The translations under genes and the position numbers were made by a program. From assembly GCA_036499685.1 (NCBI GenBank), contig DASYDH010000059.1, forward strand, positions 23,057-87,056: a DNA stretch of 64,000 nucleotides. The letters are read 5' to 3'. This DNA comes from Lacunisphaera sp. GTDB lineage: Bacteria; Verrucomicrobiota; Verrucomicrobiia; Opitutales; Opitutaceae. Shown in pieces: positions 48,291 to 58,535 of this stretch. The notes beneath the pieces are model-generated. The model worked only from the letters and a program-made list of their open reading frames with translations. It had not been told where the DNA came from and made no database searches. How positions within the stretch are numbered: position 1 is the first letter of the stretch; every line of letters starts with the position of its first letter.

Positions 48291-49304
48291 TCAAGGATCG
48301 GACCGGCGGCTCACGCGTACGGTACCATTTGAATTTCGGGTCACTTTGACGGGAAGCGCCGCCTCCAGTGCATCGAAAAATCCGTCGAGATCATCGAGAC
48401 TGAAACGGGCGCCCACGCTCATGCCGGCGACGTCGTCGCTCGCCGTGATCCCGCGACCGTGATAGCGGGCAAATTTTGCGAGCGCCTCGCGCAGGGGCGT
48501 GCCTTTGAATACGATCTGGCCCTGGCGCCACGCCAAGGTGTCGCTCAATTCTTTTTCGGAGAGTTTTTGCTGCACGAGTCCGCTTGGGCTGGCGACGAGA
48601 TGATCGCCCGCTTTCAGCATGACCGGCGAGGTGGATTGCCCGGTCAATTCACCGGGACTGGTTTTGACCGAGCCTTCGAGCACGGTGACTTCGAGCACTC
48701 CAGTGCTTTCGGTGTTCACGGCGAATTTTGTGCCGGTCACGCGAACCGAGCCCGCGGGAGTTTCGACGGTGAAGGGACGGCTCGGATCTTTGTGCACCGA
48801 AAAGAAGGCCTCGCCCGAAGCGAGCCGGACGCGGCGATCCTTTCCGTCGATTTCAATCTGAATATTGGTTTGCGCGTTCAGTTCGACCTGGCTCCCGTCC
48901 ACCAAGGTCAGGGATTGCCGTTGGGCCGCTGGTGTGGCGACATTCTTGAACTGGTGCTGAGGCCGCATCAGCCAGAACCCAAGTGCGACTGCCGCGGTCG
49001 CGGTCAGCGCCACACCAGCCATCATTGGCCAGCGCAGCCAGGGGAATGACCGGGCAGTCGCAGTTGTTTTCCGGGTTTCCGCCGACAGTTCCCTGATGCC
49101 TTCAATCAACGGCATTTGCTGTTCGAGGTCGGCGGAAAACTGGCAATAACGGGAAAGTAGGGTGCGATGGTTGGGATGTTCCGCGAGCCATTCGTCGAGG
49201 GCGGAACGGTCGGTGGCGGACATCAGCGAACCATCAAGCTTGGCGGCCCAAATGGACGCCTGCTCATCGGTGGTGGGATCGGAATATTTGGAAAATGATT
49301 TCAT
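48291..49304 (-). CDS. FecR/PupR-family anti-sigma sensor
   Basis: From ATG 49304; EQA..WA..L, one TM, L.DGS.V.LN..T, GEAFF.V.KD..RPF.V, AWR.G..VF..TPL.EAL. Confidence 0.92.
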   Translation of the reverse strand: MKSFSKYSDPTTDEQASIWAAKLDGSLMSATDRSALDEWLAEHPNHRTLLSRYCQFSADLEQQMPLIEGIRELSAETRKTTATARSFPWLRWPMMAGVALTATAAVALGFWLMRPQHQFKNVATPAAQRQSLTLVDGSQVELNAQTNIQIEIDGKDRRVRLASGEAFFSVHKDPSRPFTVETPAGSVRVTGTKFAVNTESTGVLEVTVLEGSVKTSPGELTGQSTSPVMLKAGDHLVASPSGLVQQKLSEKELSDTLAWRQGQIVFKGTPLREALAKFARYHGRGITASDDVAGMSVGARFSLDDLDGFFDALEAALPVKVTRNSNGTVRVSRRSDP

Positions 49305-49867
49305 CGTTGGGCCTCGTGGCTGGGCGTTTGGCTGGCGATCAGCGCGGCGGAGTCGTCCCCAGTGGACAGAGCTTCCCGGAGCAGCCTGAGCGCCCGCGCG
49401 TGTTGTTTTTCGACGGTGCTGACGGCGATTCCGAGCCGTTGACCGATTTCGTAATGCGAAAGGAGTTCGATTTTTCGCAGGAGCAGGACGGCGCGGCAAC
49501 CTTCGGGCAGTTGCGCGATCGCGTCTTCCAACTGGCGCAATTCCTGACGGGCAATCACCTGTTGAACCACGCCGGGAGTTCCCGCAGCCGCGGTCTCGAG
49601 ATTTGCCTCTCCGGGAACAATCGGGGCGATGCTGCGTCGTTTGAGCCGGTTGATGGCGAGACGGCGCGCCGTGGTGTAAAGAACGGCCTGCGGATTTTTG
49701 GCCGATTGATCCTGCACCTTTGGATAGACCCGGATATAGGCATCGTGGGCCACGTCCTGGGCCTCGCTGGTATTTCCCAGCAAACGGCTGAGATAGCGAC
49801 GCAACGGCGCCAGCGTCTTGCGGTACAAGCCATCGAAATTCTGGCGGTTGTCCGTTTCGTCAGACAT
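49301..49867 (-). CDS. ECF sigma factor (FecI-like)
   Basis: 188 aa; AQDVAHDAY, region 4 LPEGCR.V.LL.KIE.LS..EI...LGI..STVEK; stop overlaps the FecR start. Confidence 0.92.
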   Translation of the reverse strand: MSDETDNRQNFDGLYRKTLAPLRRYLSRLLGNTSEAQDVAHDAYIRVYPKVQDQSAKNPQAVLYTTARRLAINRLKRRSIAPIVPGEANLETAAAGTPGVVQQVIARQELRQLEDAIAQLPEGCRAVLLLRKIELLSHYEIGQRLGIAVSTVEKQHARALRLLREALSTGDDSAALIASQTPSHEAQR

Positions 49868-50123
49868 GGCGCGGGTCGTGAGGGAGGCGATTCATCGTTA
49901 TCGATACTGACACTTAAATACTACAAAACCGCTACTCTCATGATATTTTTTTGGATTCATCAGCAGGAGGTTTACCTTGACGGCCAGCCCAGTGGGGCGT
50001 TTCGCATAAATCGAACTCATCGACTGGGAAATAACTATCCTTGAGGTATTTCCGCAGGCTCGTTTTGGGCCCAAAGCCGGATCGATCAATGGTGGCGAAC
50101 GAAAATGGAAGGAAACGGATTTC

Positions 50124-51188
50124 TTAGCTGCCCAATTTATTGCGAATTTTCCAAGCCTCGACGATCTGGCGGATGGTTTCCTCAAGTGATTGGGTAATAT
50201 CCCATTTGGGGTAGTGACACCGCATTTTCCGTAAATCGGAATAATAGCAGATATGGTCGCCGGCGCGGTTTTGGTCGACGTAGGTATGGATCTGCGCTTT
50301 GCCGGTGAATTTCTCCGTGATCTTAAACGCTTCCAGAATCGACGTGCTGTTCGCCTTGCCGCCGCCGAGATTATAAACTTCGCCGGCGCGCGGATTCCCG
50401 ACAAATGCGGCCATGAAGCGGGCGACGTCGAGGGAGTGGATGTTGTCCCGCACTTGTTTTCCCTTGTAGCCGAACACGCGGTACTCACGGCCTTCCAAAT
50501 TGCATTTCACCAAATACGAGAGAAAGCCGTGAAGTTCCACGCCGGTGTGGTTGGGACCGGTGAGGCAGCCACCGCGCAGGGCGCAGGTGGGTAGATTGAA
50601 ATACCGGCCGTATTCCTGCACCATCACGTCGGCGGCGACCTTCGATGCGCCAAACAGCGAGTGCTTTGACTGGTCGATCGTGAACGTTTCCGGAATGCCG
50701 TTTTCGTAGGCGGGATCGGCGTAATCCCAACGGGTCGCGAGCTCGGTGAGTTTGATGGAATTCGGCGCATCGCCGTAAACCTTGTTCGTGCTCATGTGAA
50801 CGAACGGCGATTCGGGACACGCCTGCCGCGCTGCTTCGAGGAAATTCAGCGTGCCGCCGGCGTTCGTGTCGAAATCGTCAAACGGAATTGCGGCGGCCCG
50901 GTCATGCGACGGTTGCGCTGCTGTGTGGACGATCACGTCGGGCTTGATGGATTTCACCAGCGCGAGCACGCCGGCGCGGTCGCGAATATCAAGTTCGTGA
51001 TGGACGAAACTCTTCAACTCTTTCACCAGCCGGTTTTGATTCCAGCGGGTGTCACCTTGTGGCCCGAAAAAAACCGCGCGTTGGTTGTTGTCGACGCCGT
51101 GGATCGTGTAGCCTTGTCCGGCAAAATAAACGCAAACTTCCGAGCCGATGAGACCCGACGAACCGGTGACTAAAAGTGTTTTTGTCAT
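50124..51188 (-). CDS. NAD-dependent epimerase, RfbE-like, with non-canonical FxxxK
   Basis: [39 protein letters not shown]. Confidence 0.82.
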   Translation of the reverse strand: MTKTLLVTGSSGLIGSEVCVYFAGQGYTIHGVDNNQRAVFFGPQGDTRWNQNRLVKELKSFVHHELDIRDRAGVLALVKSIKPDVIVHTAAQPSHDRAAAIPFDDFDTNAGGTLNFLEAARQACPESPFVHMSTNKVYGDAPNSIKLTELATRWDYADPAYENGIPETFTIDQSKHSLFGASKVAADVMVQEYGRYFNLPTCALRGGCLTGPNHTGVELHGFLSYLVKCNLEGREYRVFGYKGKQVRDNIHSLDVARFMAAFVGNPRAGEVYNLGGGKANSTSILEAFKITEKFTGKAQIHTYVDQNRAGDHICYYSDLRKMRCHYPKWDITQSLEETIRQIVEAWKIRNKLGS

Positions 51189-51336
51189 GGGAAAGGTCTT
51201 GCAGTCATACGGTCGGTTTTTTCCATTTCCAGCCGAATATTTAAAACGTATGCGTGCCGAACAATTTATCTGATGTTTTTAACCGCGTGGAATGGAGGAA
51301 TCGTCGTTCTCAATTGTCGTCTTCTTCCTACGGAAT

Positions 51337-53394
51337 ATGACAATTAACGCCCATCAGACAGACCGGCGCGTGGCTTGGTCGATTTTTTGCGCAGTGTTCA
51401 TCCTGGCGGTGGGGTGGTGTGCGATCACGGGCCACATCTGGGAGGATTATTATATCACTTTCCGTTCCAGTAAGAACCTGGCGACCGGATTCGGTCTCGT
51501 TTTCAATCACGGGGAGCGGCTTCACACGTTTACGTCGCCGCTCGGCGTGCTATTGCCTGCGGTCGCGGTCAAATTGACCGGCAACGCTTCCGACACCGTT
51601 GCGCTTTGGGTATTTCGGGTGTGGAGCGGACTGGCGTTTGCGGGTGCGGCGGTGTTGCTTTACGCGATAGCGCGCAGATTTCGTTATGCGGCTTGGGCAA
51701 CAGTTGCCGTCGTCGGATTCATGGCGCTCGATGCGAAGAGCATCGATTTTACCGGTAACGGCATGGAGACTGGATTTCTGCTGCTATTTCTCGCCTACAC
51801 CCTCTGGGCGATGTTTGGCGCGCCGCGCCGGCGCTGGCTCCATCTCGGACTGGCGTGGGGCGGGTTGATGTGGACGCGTCCCGATGGGTTTCTGTACATC
51901 GCATTTTTGAGCGCCGCGGCGTTCTTCTTCAACGATCACCACCGGAGCGGCCTGACCCGCGGGGAATGGCTGAAGGTTTTTTTCCAGGCGGGATTGGTCT
52001 GCACCGTCGTTTATCTGCCATGGTTTCTCTGGTCGTGGTCGTACTATGGATCACCCATTCCGCATACCGTGATCGCAAAGGAAAACGTTTCGCCCACGGG
52101 ACGAACGGTTTGGGGCGCGCTCAAGGAATTTATTGATTTTCCATGGTTGGTCTGGCGCGGTAACACATCGTTGGAATCGACGTTCCTCGCGTCGTATTAC
52201 CAAATTGGCGGCTGGCCCGTTGGCGTGGTGACCGCTGCCCGAGGGGCTGCTTTGTTGCTGGCGTTTCAATGGATCATCCCTTGGTGGCGCATGGAAATCC
52301 GGGTGGCTTCTTTCACTTTCGCGGCGATTCACGTTTATCTTTCGTATGTTCCTTTTTTCCCATTTCCCTGGTACCTTCCGGTGACGGCGTTGTTGGCCGC
52401 GGTGGCGGTCGGTGGCATGATCGCCCAATGGCTGGAAATTGCCGGCAAAGAGAGCGGGGCTCGTCGCGCGTTTGGGCGGTCGCTGCGGATTGCGGTGATT
52501 TTCGGCTTATGCACTGAATCCTGGCTGACGTGGCAGATGATGCGCGAAATGAAGGCCGATCAGGAATTGAGTTCGAATGCGGTGCGGAAACAAACGGGTC
52601 TCTGGCTCAAGGAGCACGCCAAACGGGGCGACACCGTTTTCATGGAGCCACTTGGCTACATCGGTTATTTTTCGGAACTCGAGACCTACGACTTTCCCGG
52701 GCTCTCCTCGAATGCCACCATGCGGGCGATCCGGATAGTCGGGGTCGATTGGGCGAGCCTGATCGAATATCTCTCGCCCGACTGGGTGGTTCTGCGTCCC
52801 TATGAAATTGCCGGCATTCGCAACTCGATGCCGCGGGTGTTGGATGAAACGTACCATTACGCCGGTGAATTCAATAACGTTGAAGCGGTGGACAAATGCA
52901 CCTTTTACGGTCGCGACTACGTCCGTCATGGGTCGCACCTGACAATTTTCCACCGGCAAAAGCCGAAACGATATCGCGTGGATGTCGCTGATCCCGTCGT
53001 TCAGGCAAACTTCCCCCTGCCGGCTGAGGCGTTCGATGGCGCGGGTGCCATGATGTACAAGCTGCATGCCGCGGGGCTGATCGGCTATCGCGTTCCCGCT
53101 GACGCGCACCATCTGCATTTCAAATACGGCCTGCCTCTCGGCACTTACCTCGGTTCCCCGGTGACCGATGGCGCGAGATTCGTCGCTTTGTTTTTTGATG
53201 GGAAGAAGTCGGCGCGGATTCTTTCGCGCTATCTTGACCCTGCGGGTGAACCTGACGATCGCGGCGTGCAGGATTTTGATTTTGCCCTGCCGCCAGCGGC
53301 TCAGGGTGAGCGGGAATTGGTCTTCATCTCGCAGCCCGGGAAAACCGATATTATGGATTGGTGCTGCTGGAGTCAGCCGAAATTTACCCCCTGA
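51337..53394 (+). CDS. Putative GT-C glycosyltransferase with C-terminal NPCBM-like domain
   Basis: From ATG 51337; WEDYYITFR.SKNL..G.GLVFN.GE..H.FTSPL, GMET, TRPDG, YYGSP.PHT..AK. Confidence 0.75.
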   Translation: MTINAHQTDRRVAWSIFCAVFILAVGWCAITGHIWEDYYITFRSSKNLATGFGLVFNHGERLHTFTSPLGVLLPAVAVKLTGNASDTVALWVFRVWSGLAFAGAAVLLYAIARRFRYAAWATVAVVGFMALDAKSIDFTGNGMETGFLLLFLAYTLWAMFGAPRRRWLHLGLAWGGLMWTRPDGFLYIAFLSAAAFFFNDHHRSGLTRGEWLKVFFQAGLVCTVVYLPWFLWSWSYYGSPIPHTVIAKENVSPTGRTVWGALKEFIDFPWLVWRGNTSLESTFLASYYQIGGWPVGVVTAARGAALLLAFQWIIPWWRMEIRVASFTFAAIHVYLSYVPFFPFPWYLPVTALLAAVAVGGMIAQWLEIAGKESGARRAFGRSLRIAVIFGLCTESWLTWQMMREMKADQELSSNAVRKQTGLWLKEHAKRGDTVFMEPLGYIGYFSELETYDFPGLSSNATMRAIRIVGVDWASLIEYLSPDWVVLRPYEIAGIRNSMPRVLDETYHYAGEFNNVEAVDKCTFYGRDYVRHGSHLTIFHRQKPKRYRVDVADPVVQANFPLPAEAFDGAGAMMYKLHAAGLIGYRVPADAHHLHFKYGLPLGTYLGSPVTDGARFVALFFDGKKSARILSRYLDPAGEPDDRGVQDFDFALPPAAQGERELVFISQPGKTDIMDWCCWSQPKFTP

Positions 53395-53430
53395 TAGTTG
53401 GCCTCCGTTTACGGTCCCGATTAGTGGATT

Positions 53431-55107
53431 TCAAGTTTGCCCGGCATTCCGTCCGGAACCGAACCACGCGGCAATGACGTCCCACAGGACCGCGATTATA
53501 AAAATTAACAGCAGCGGATAAATGGGCGAAAAAGTGGAGACTGCCGTCAGGGGGAACGACGTCACGTGCACCACGGCATTCACCAGAATGTACGCAATGA
53601 AACCGCCGATGGACGCGAGCGACAGCACAAATGGGTAGGTGAGCCGCCGGTAGCGGATCAACTGGATCGTCCGTAGTAAAAGTAGCGTGCCGGTGATATA
53701 AAACAGCATCGTCATCATCGGGCGCAGCGTCTTTCCAATGGCGGATAGCATGCTCAGTTTGCGGTTATCGAGTGCGTCCTGGTCCGGCATCGGGAAACTG
53801 GTCGCGCGCTCCGAGGGCGAGAGATGATCGCGCGTCAGGTCGCGGAATAGTTCCAGATCCTGATTGTCGCCGATACTGAGGGGCGTGGTGACGCTGAACG
53901 ACCGGAACGAGATGACGAAATCGCAAAAGGAGAAAAATGTGCGCATGATTTCGGCGGGTTCCCCTTCGCGCACGATGGGGGCAAAACCGCTGCGATGAGA
54001 CCACGCCGGTAAACGCCCGTCGTCGCAGGCTTGGTTGATTTCGTCGGCCATTTTTCGGTAAAACGCCATCGCTTCCCGTGCGCTGTGGCCGTGCCCGGCG
54101 GCGATCACGCAATCCCGCAGGGCCCAGACGAACCAGCCGCCGCGAATCTGCCGTTCGGACGCCGGGTACATTTCCTTTTCCGCCCAATCGGTGCCGATTT
54201 TTCCGTCGAGGTAAGGTTTCAATTCGGCAAATGTAGGACTCACGAGATACATCGCTTCTCGCGCCTGCCGCGTGACGGGAACCTGCGGAAGATTTGGCCC
54301 GATCTTCACTCGAACCATCGCGCCATAGGCGTCCTTGAACGCCGAGGCATGAAATTCACCCGTTCCGAACAAGCCGTAGTGGCGGTAGTTCTCCCATGAA
54401 ACGAATGTCACTGGCAGCAAGGCGAACGCGACCACGGTCAGCGCAACCCGCCACAAGGTGCGCCCGGCCTCGGGACTCGCACGCCATGCCGTCACGGCCC
54501 AGGCAATGCCGAGCAGAATCACGCTGGGAACCAGCCAGATGCTTTCCTCCCGCGTCAGCCAGAAACCACCCAGCGAGAAACCGAGCACTGCCGCCCAGCC
54601 TGCCTGTCTGCGGAAACTTTCCCCGCATCGGTGGTAGAGCGCCACGAGCCCGGCGAAGATTAAAATACCAAGTGGAATATAGACGTGCTGTCGCATCACC
54701 CGGCCCATCGTCGGTGCTTCGTACGTCATCGGATTCCAAAGTAGAAATGCATAGACCAGAAACCGTGCGCCGCCCGATCGGATGACCGGCGCGCACGCGC
54801 GTGCAAACGCGGCGCAAGCTCCCGCGTAAAGCAGTTGCTGGGCGAAGAACAGCGGCAGTCCGATCCAGAAAACCAACGCGACAAAAAGGGAATAAAAACT
54901 TCCTTTGGCCAGGGTCATTTGCGTATATGGCCCGAGCCATTCGCCTCGCACGAGATGATTGGCGAGCTGGAGAAAGAGCTTCTCGTCATGGGCGGCGGGC
55001 GCGATCGCGTAGACCGCCTGGCCGCGCGTGAGCCACAGTTTAAATGCAGTGAGCAGCAATGCCGCCCACCACCACCAGCGCGAGGTCGTTACCGTGGAAT
55101 TATTCAT
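53431..55107 (-). CDS. Putative GT-C glycosyltransferase
   Basis: 558 aa polytopic; AHDEKLF..LA..L..GEWLGPY...TLAKG.FY; LTREES.W. Confidence 0.68.
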   Translation of the reverse strand: MNNSTVTTSRWWWWAALLLTAFKLWLTRGQAVYAIAPAAHDEKLFLQLANHLVRGEWLGPYTQMTLAKGSFYSLFVALVFWIGLPLFFAQQLLYAGACAAFARACAPVIRSGGARFLVYAFLLWNPMTYEAPTMGRVMRQHVYIPLGILIFAGLVALYHRCGESFRRQAGWAAVLGFSLGGFWLTREESIWLVPSVILLGIAWAVTAWRASPEAGRTLWRVALTVVAFALLPVTFVSWENYRHYGLFGTGEFHASAFKDAYGAMVRVKIGPNLPQVPVTRQAREAMYLVSPTFAELKPYLDGKIGTDWAEKEMYPASERQIRGGWFVWALRDCVIAAGHGHSAREAMAFYRKMADEINQACDDGRLPAWSHRSGFAPIVREGEPAEIMRTFFSFCDFVISFRSFSVTTPLSIGDNQDLELFRDLTRDHLSPSERATSFPMPDQDALDNRKLSMLSAIGKTLRPMMTMLFYITGTLLLLRTIQLIRYRRLTYPFVLSLASIGGFIAYILVNAVVHVTSFPLTAVSTFSPIYPLLLIFIIAVLWDVIAAWFGSGRNAGQT

Positions 55108-56279
55108 GGCAAATCAGTCCGGGTGTCGAGTCTCAGCACGCCGAGGAAAAAACTGGTAAGCACCAGCTGGCAGCCGAGGGCGAGGCAAAGCGCGCCCGGT
55201 ATGACCCAGCGCAGGGTTTGCGCCGGTTGCAATGGGCCGAACCCGTGTTCGCCCCACACCCAAACCGCACTCGCCCACAGCAGCAGGCCGGCGACGAACA
55301 GCAGCGCGCCGGAGGTGAGTCCGCTTTCGAGCGTCGTCTGGCGGATCCACGTGTCGAATTTTTCCTCCGGCGGTCGCAGGCCCGCGCGGATCGCAAAAAA
55401 TTTGCTGAGGGCGGCGAACGACACGGCTTGAAATCCGATCAACACCGCGAGCGTGGCGAACAGCAGCGTGTGCACGTCAAAGTGAATTCTGCCAATGGCC
55501 ACCGGGCCGGGGAGCAGTGCGAACGTCGCGATCAAGCCGCCGGCGATGAGCAACAGCCCCGGATAAAGAAACAACCAGCGCGGGCTGAACAGCAGCATGA
55601 AACGCAAATGGCGCCAGCCGTCGCGCCAGGGTCGCAGGTGGGGCGGACGATTCCGCCCGTCCGGCCGGAGCACCGTTGGAACTTCGGTTACGCGCAGTCC
55701 GAGAACGACGGACTTTATCACCAGTTCCGAGGCGAATTCCATTCCGGTGGTTCGGAGATTCATCCGTTGATAGGCAGCGGCCGAGAACCCGCGCAGGCCG
55801 CAATGAAAATCCCCTATCCTGGTGGGAAAGAAGAGGCGTCCGATGAACGAAAGCGCCGGGTTGCCGAGATACCGGTTTTTCCACGGCATCGCGCCGGGCA
55901 GGACGCCGCCCAGAAAACGATTGCCCATGACGAGATCGTTCCCCGCGCGCAATTCGGCGACAAACCGGGGCAGATGGGAAAAATCGTAACTGCCGTCGGC
56001 GTCGCCCATGACGATAAACCGGCCGCGCGCGGCCGCGATGCCACCGCGCAACGCGTGGCCGTAGCCTTTTTCCGCGACGGGTACGACGCGCGCTCCCGCG
56101 TTTGTGGCGATAGCCTGCGATCCGTCAGTGCTGCCATTGTCAGCGATCACGACTTCCCCGACGATTCCCGCGGTGCGCATGGCCTTACTCGCCTCGTTGA
56201 TGCAACCGGCAAGGGTCAGCGCCTCGTTCAGACACGGCATCACCACGGTCAATTCAAGGTCTGGAAAAGCGTCAGGCAT
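55104..56279 (-). CDS. GT2, polyprenol-phosphate sugar synthase-like with C-terminal TM segments
   Basis: VMPCLNEA, DNGSTDGS, KGYG.AL, MGDADGSYD, GNRF.G, GMEFASE, HLR.WRDGWRHLRF. Confidence 0.9.
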   Translation of the reverse strand: MPDAFPDLELTVVMPCLNEALTLAGCINEASKAMRTAGIVGEVVIADNGSTDGSQAIATNAGARVVPVAEKGYGHALRGGIAAARGRFIVMGDADGSYDFSHLPRFVAELRAGNDLVMGNRFLGGVLPGAMPWKNRYLGNPALSFIGRLFFPTRIGDFHCGLRGFSAAAYQRMNLRTTGMEFASELVIKSVVLGLRVTEVPTVLRPDGRNRPPHLRPWRDGWRHLRFMLLFSPRWLFLYPGLLLIAGGLIATFALLPGPVAIGRIHFDVHTLLFATLAVLIGFQAVSFAALSKFFAIRAGLRPPEEKFDTWIRQTTLESGLTSGALLFVAGLLLWASAVWVWGEHGFGPLQPAQTLRWVIPGALCLALGCQLVLTSFFLGVLRLDTRTDLP

Positions 56280-56297
56280 GGGGTGGGTGGCGGCGAC

Positions 56298-58535
56298 TCA
56301 GGTCTGCGACGAAGCGAGACGATTATTTATTTTGCCGCGACGAAAATCAGTCAGCGCAAAGAGCAACGTAAGTCCCGCGAGGGTGACGGCGATCACACCG
56401 AGGCTGTCATGTCCGATGGTCGTCCGTTCAAGAGCCCAACTGCGGCTCATCCAGGCGCCTTCGTCGGCGTTGTTCGTGGCATGCGGCGGGGCCACGGCGA
56501 TCCAGCCTTCCGCATCGTCGCGGCCGTCTTCAATGACGAGGCGGGCTTTTTGTCCGCTGTAGGCGTGAACGTCCGCCCCCCAGAAATCGATGTCCGCAGG
56601 ATTGGGACCCGGACAATTCAATTGAGCGAGTACGCGACCGGCTTGATCTTCGATTTGCAAATGAAGGCCGTTCCCTGGACTGACGGGAAATCCGGCATAG
56701 GGAATGACCAGCCACGGTGCATTGAGAGGGAAAGCCGAACTCTGGACGCGGCCTTTGAAGGCCGGACCGTCGATGTGGGTGCCGTAAAAAGTGTTTCGGA
56801 AATTTTCCGGCCATAGTGCCGCTGCGCCGGTTAACCGATCTGCTGGATAAGTGGACGGAGTAGTGATCGAAAAGCTCAGATCGCCCACAGTTCCGGGCGG
56901 AGTCAGGAGTTTCCCCCATCGTTGTTCGCCGTGAAATTCGAGCGGCATTGGCCATAGAAAAATGCCTAGGACGCAAACCGAACCCAGGATGCCCAGCGTG
57001 CGCACCCTCCAAGGGTCCGATGCTATGATCGGTGAATTGGTGACGGAACTTGTGGCCGCGACCATTGTGAATCCCGCACCCAACAGAAAGAAAACGCCAG
57101 CGACTACGAAGAGGGTCGGCCACAGTTGGCGGATATAATTCGTGGCTGCGCTGATGAAATCGCCGCGTTCCCGCGGACCATCCGGTCGCAGGCTGACCGG
57201 CAGGAGATCGCGTAGTCCGGGTTGGTCCAGCACTCCCGTGACGATGGCGGGATCGGGATAGAGCACGGCACGAACCTCCTTGCTCGAAATCCGGGACGCG
57301 TCGTGGTTCACGAGATATTGTTTAATCGCATCCCGACGAAGCGCACCCCATGCGGCCGCGTGCTCATGAAAATATTCGGTGTGGGCGCGGGTGCTGATCC
57401 ATTTCAAACCGAAGGTGAAGGCCACGAGCCAACCGGCGCAAAGCAATGCGATGACCGGTCGCCACGAACGCACCCCATGCAGAAGGCGCCACAACGCAAA
57501 CGCGTTGGCGAGCACACCGAGCGAGAGCAAGTCGCCGTAGCGGGACACAAATCCGATATAGCCGCCCGACCGTCCGTAGGCGAAGGCCGCAGCCTGCGCG
57601 ATGGCGAAAAGCCCCAATCCGAGTGCGGTGCGATCGACATTTGCCGCCCCCCGATTTCCGCGCAATTGCAGCGCTAGAAGCAGCGTCGGCAAATACATGA
57701 GGATTGCCACGCCCGGCCATTGCGACGGCCACCCGAGTTGGAGGAGAAACGACGCGAGGAATTGTTGCAGTGACCCGGCGGCCTGGACGTAGGCCCCGCT
57801 ATGCGGCTGATGAGCGCGGGCGACGAGGAGCAGGATGAACCCCATCGCGCCGAGCAACGCCGGCGCCAGCCAGCGAGCCCGCCGGTCCTGCGCCGACGTC
57901 CAGAATACGGTGATAACGACGGCGACGGGCGCCGCCCACATGCTGCCAAAAGTAAACAGCGCCCCCAGCCCCGCCGCTTGTGCGAGCCACCATTTGGATG
58001 AATTAACCGATTGCTCAAACGAGCCGCGGACATGCCAGATGACGAGAACAAGGGCGATGGGGACGAGGGATTGAAATCCCCACGTGCTGTTTTCCCATCC
58101 GTGCGGCAAAGCCGCCAGCGCGACGGTGAGCGCAGTCAGTAGTAACGCCGGCACCACCGGTGCGACGCGACGCAGCCAGCCGGTCCAGACTCCCGCTGCG
58201 AGACCGAAGAGCGCAGCGTTAATGGTGCATTGCAGTTTCGGATCCCACCGTCCGAGCACCGCCGCTTCGAGCCAGGCCAGCAAACGCGTCCAGACCGGGA
58301 TGTGTTCATGGTGGGACTGGAAGAAATCCGTCCACGAGAGTTTGCCTTGCAGCCAGGGGACAATGATCTGGTGCGCTTCGACCCACCACTGATCGAGATA
58401 AGGCGTGTCGCCGGCATAGAGTTGGATCTCGCGACAGCGGGCCGCGAATACGGCGAGCGCCACACCTCCAGTCCAAAGCCATCCGGCGGGCGGGCTTTGC
58501 CAAGACTGAAGGGGTCGGCTGGATCGATCGCTCAC
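56298..58535 (-). CDS. Putative GT-C glycosyltransferase with C-terminal soluble domain
   Basis: 745 aa, GTG start; GDTPYLDQW loop after TM1, HHEH...TR, ENS.WGFQ, SRY. Confidence 0.68.
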   Translation of the reverse strand: MSDRSSRPLQSWQSPPAGWLWTGGVALAVFAARCREIQLYAGDTPYLDQWWVEAHQIIVPWLQGKLSWTDFFQSHHEHIPVWTRLLAWLEAAVLGRWDPKLQCTINAALFGLAAGVWTGWLRRVAPVVPALLLTALTVALAALPHGWENSTWGFQSLVPIALVLVIWHVRGSFEQSVNSSKWWLAQAAGLGALFTFGSMWAAPVAVVITVFWTSAQDRRARWLAPALLGAMGFILLLVARAHQPHSGAYVQAAGSLQQFLASFLLQLGWPSQWPGVAILMYLPTLLLALQLRGNRGAANVDRTALGLGLFAIAQAAAFAYGRSGGYIGFVSRYGDLLSLGVLANAFALWRLLHGVRSWRPVIALLCAGWLVAFTFGLKWISTRAHTEYFHEHAAAWGALRRDAIKQYLVNHDASRISSKEVRAVLYPDPAIVTGVLDQPGLRDLLPVSLRPDGPRERGDFISAATNYIRQLWPTLFVVAGVFFLLGAGFTMVAATSSVTNSPIIASDPWRVRTLGILGSVCVLGIFLWPMPLEFHGEQRWGKLLTPPGTVGDLSFSITTPSTYPADRLTGAAALWPENFRNTFYGTHIDGPAFKGRVQSSAFPLNAPWLVIPYAGFPVSPGNGLHLQIEDQAGRVLAQLNCPGPNPADIDFWGADVHAYSGQKARLVIEDGRDDAEGWIAVAPPHATNNADEGAWMSRSWALERTTIGHDSLGVIAVTLAGLTLLFALTDFRRGKINNRLASSQT

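Noticed and set aside
49889-49902. Fur box upstream of the ECF sigma gene (GATAACGATGAATC on the minus strand)
   Set aside because: Only the first half resembles GATAATGATAATCATTATC; not enough to call iron regulation
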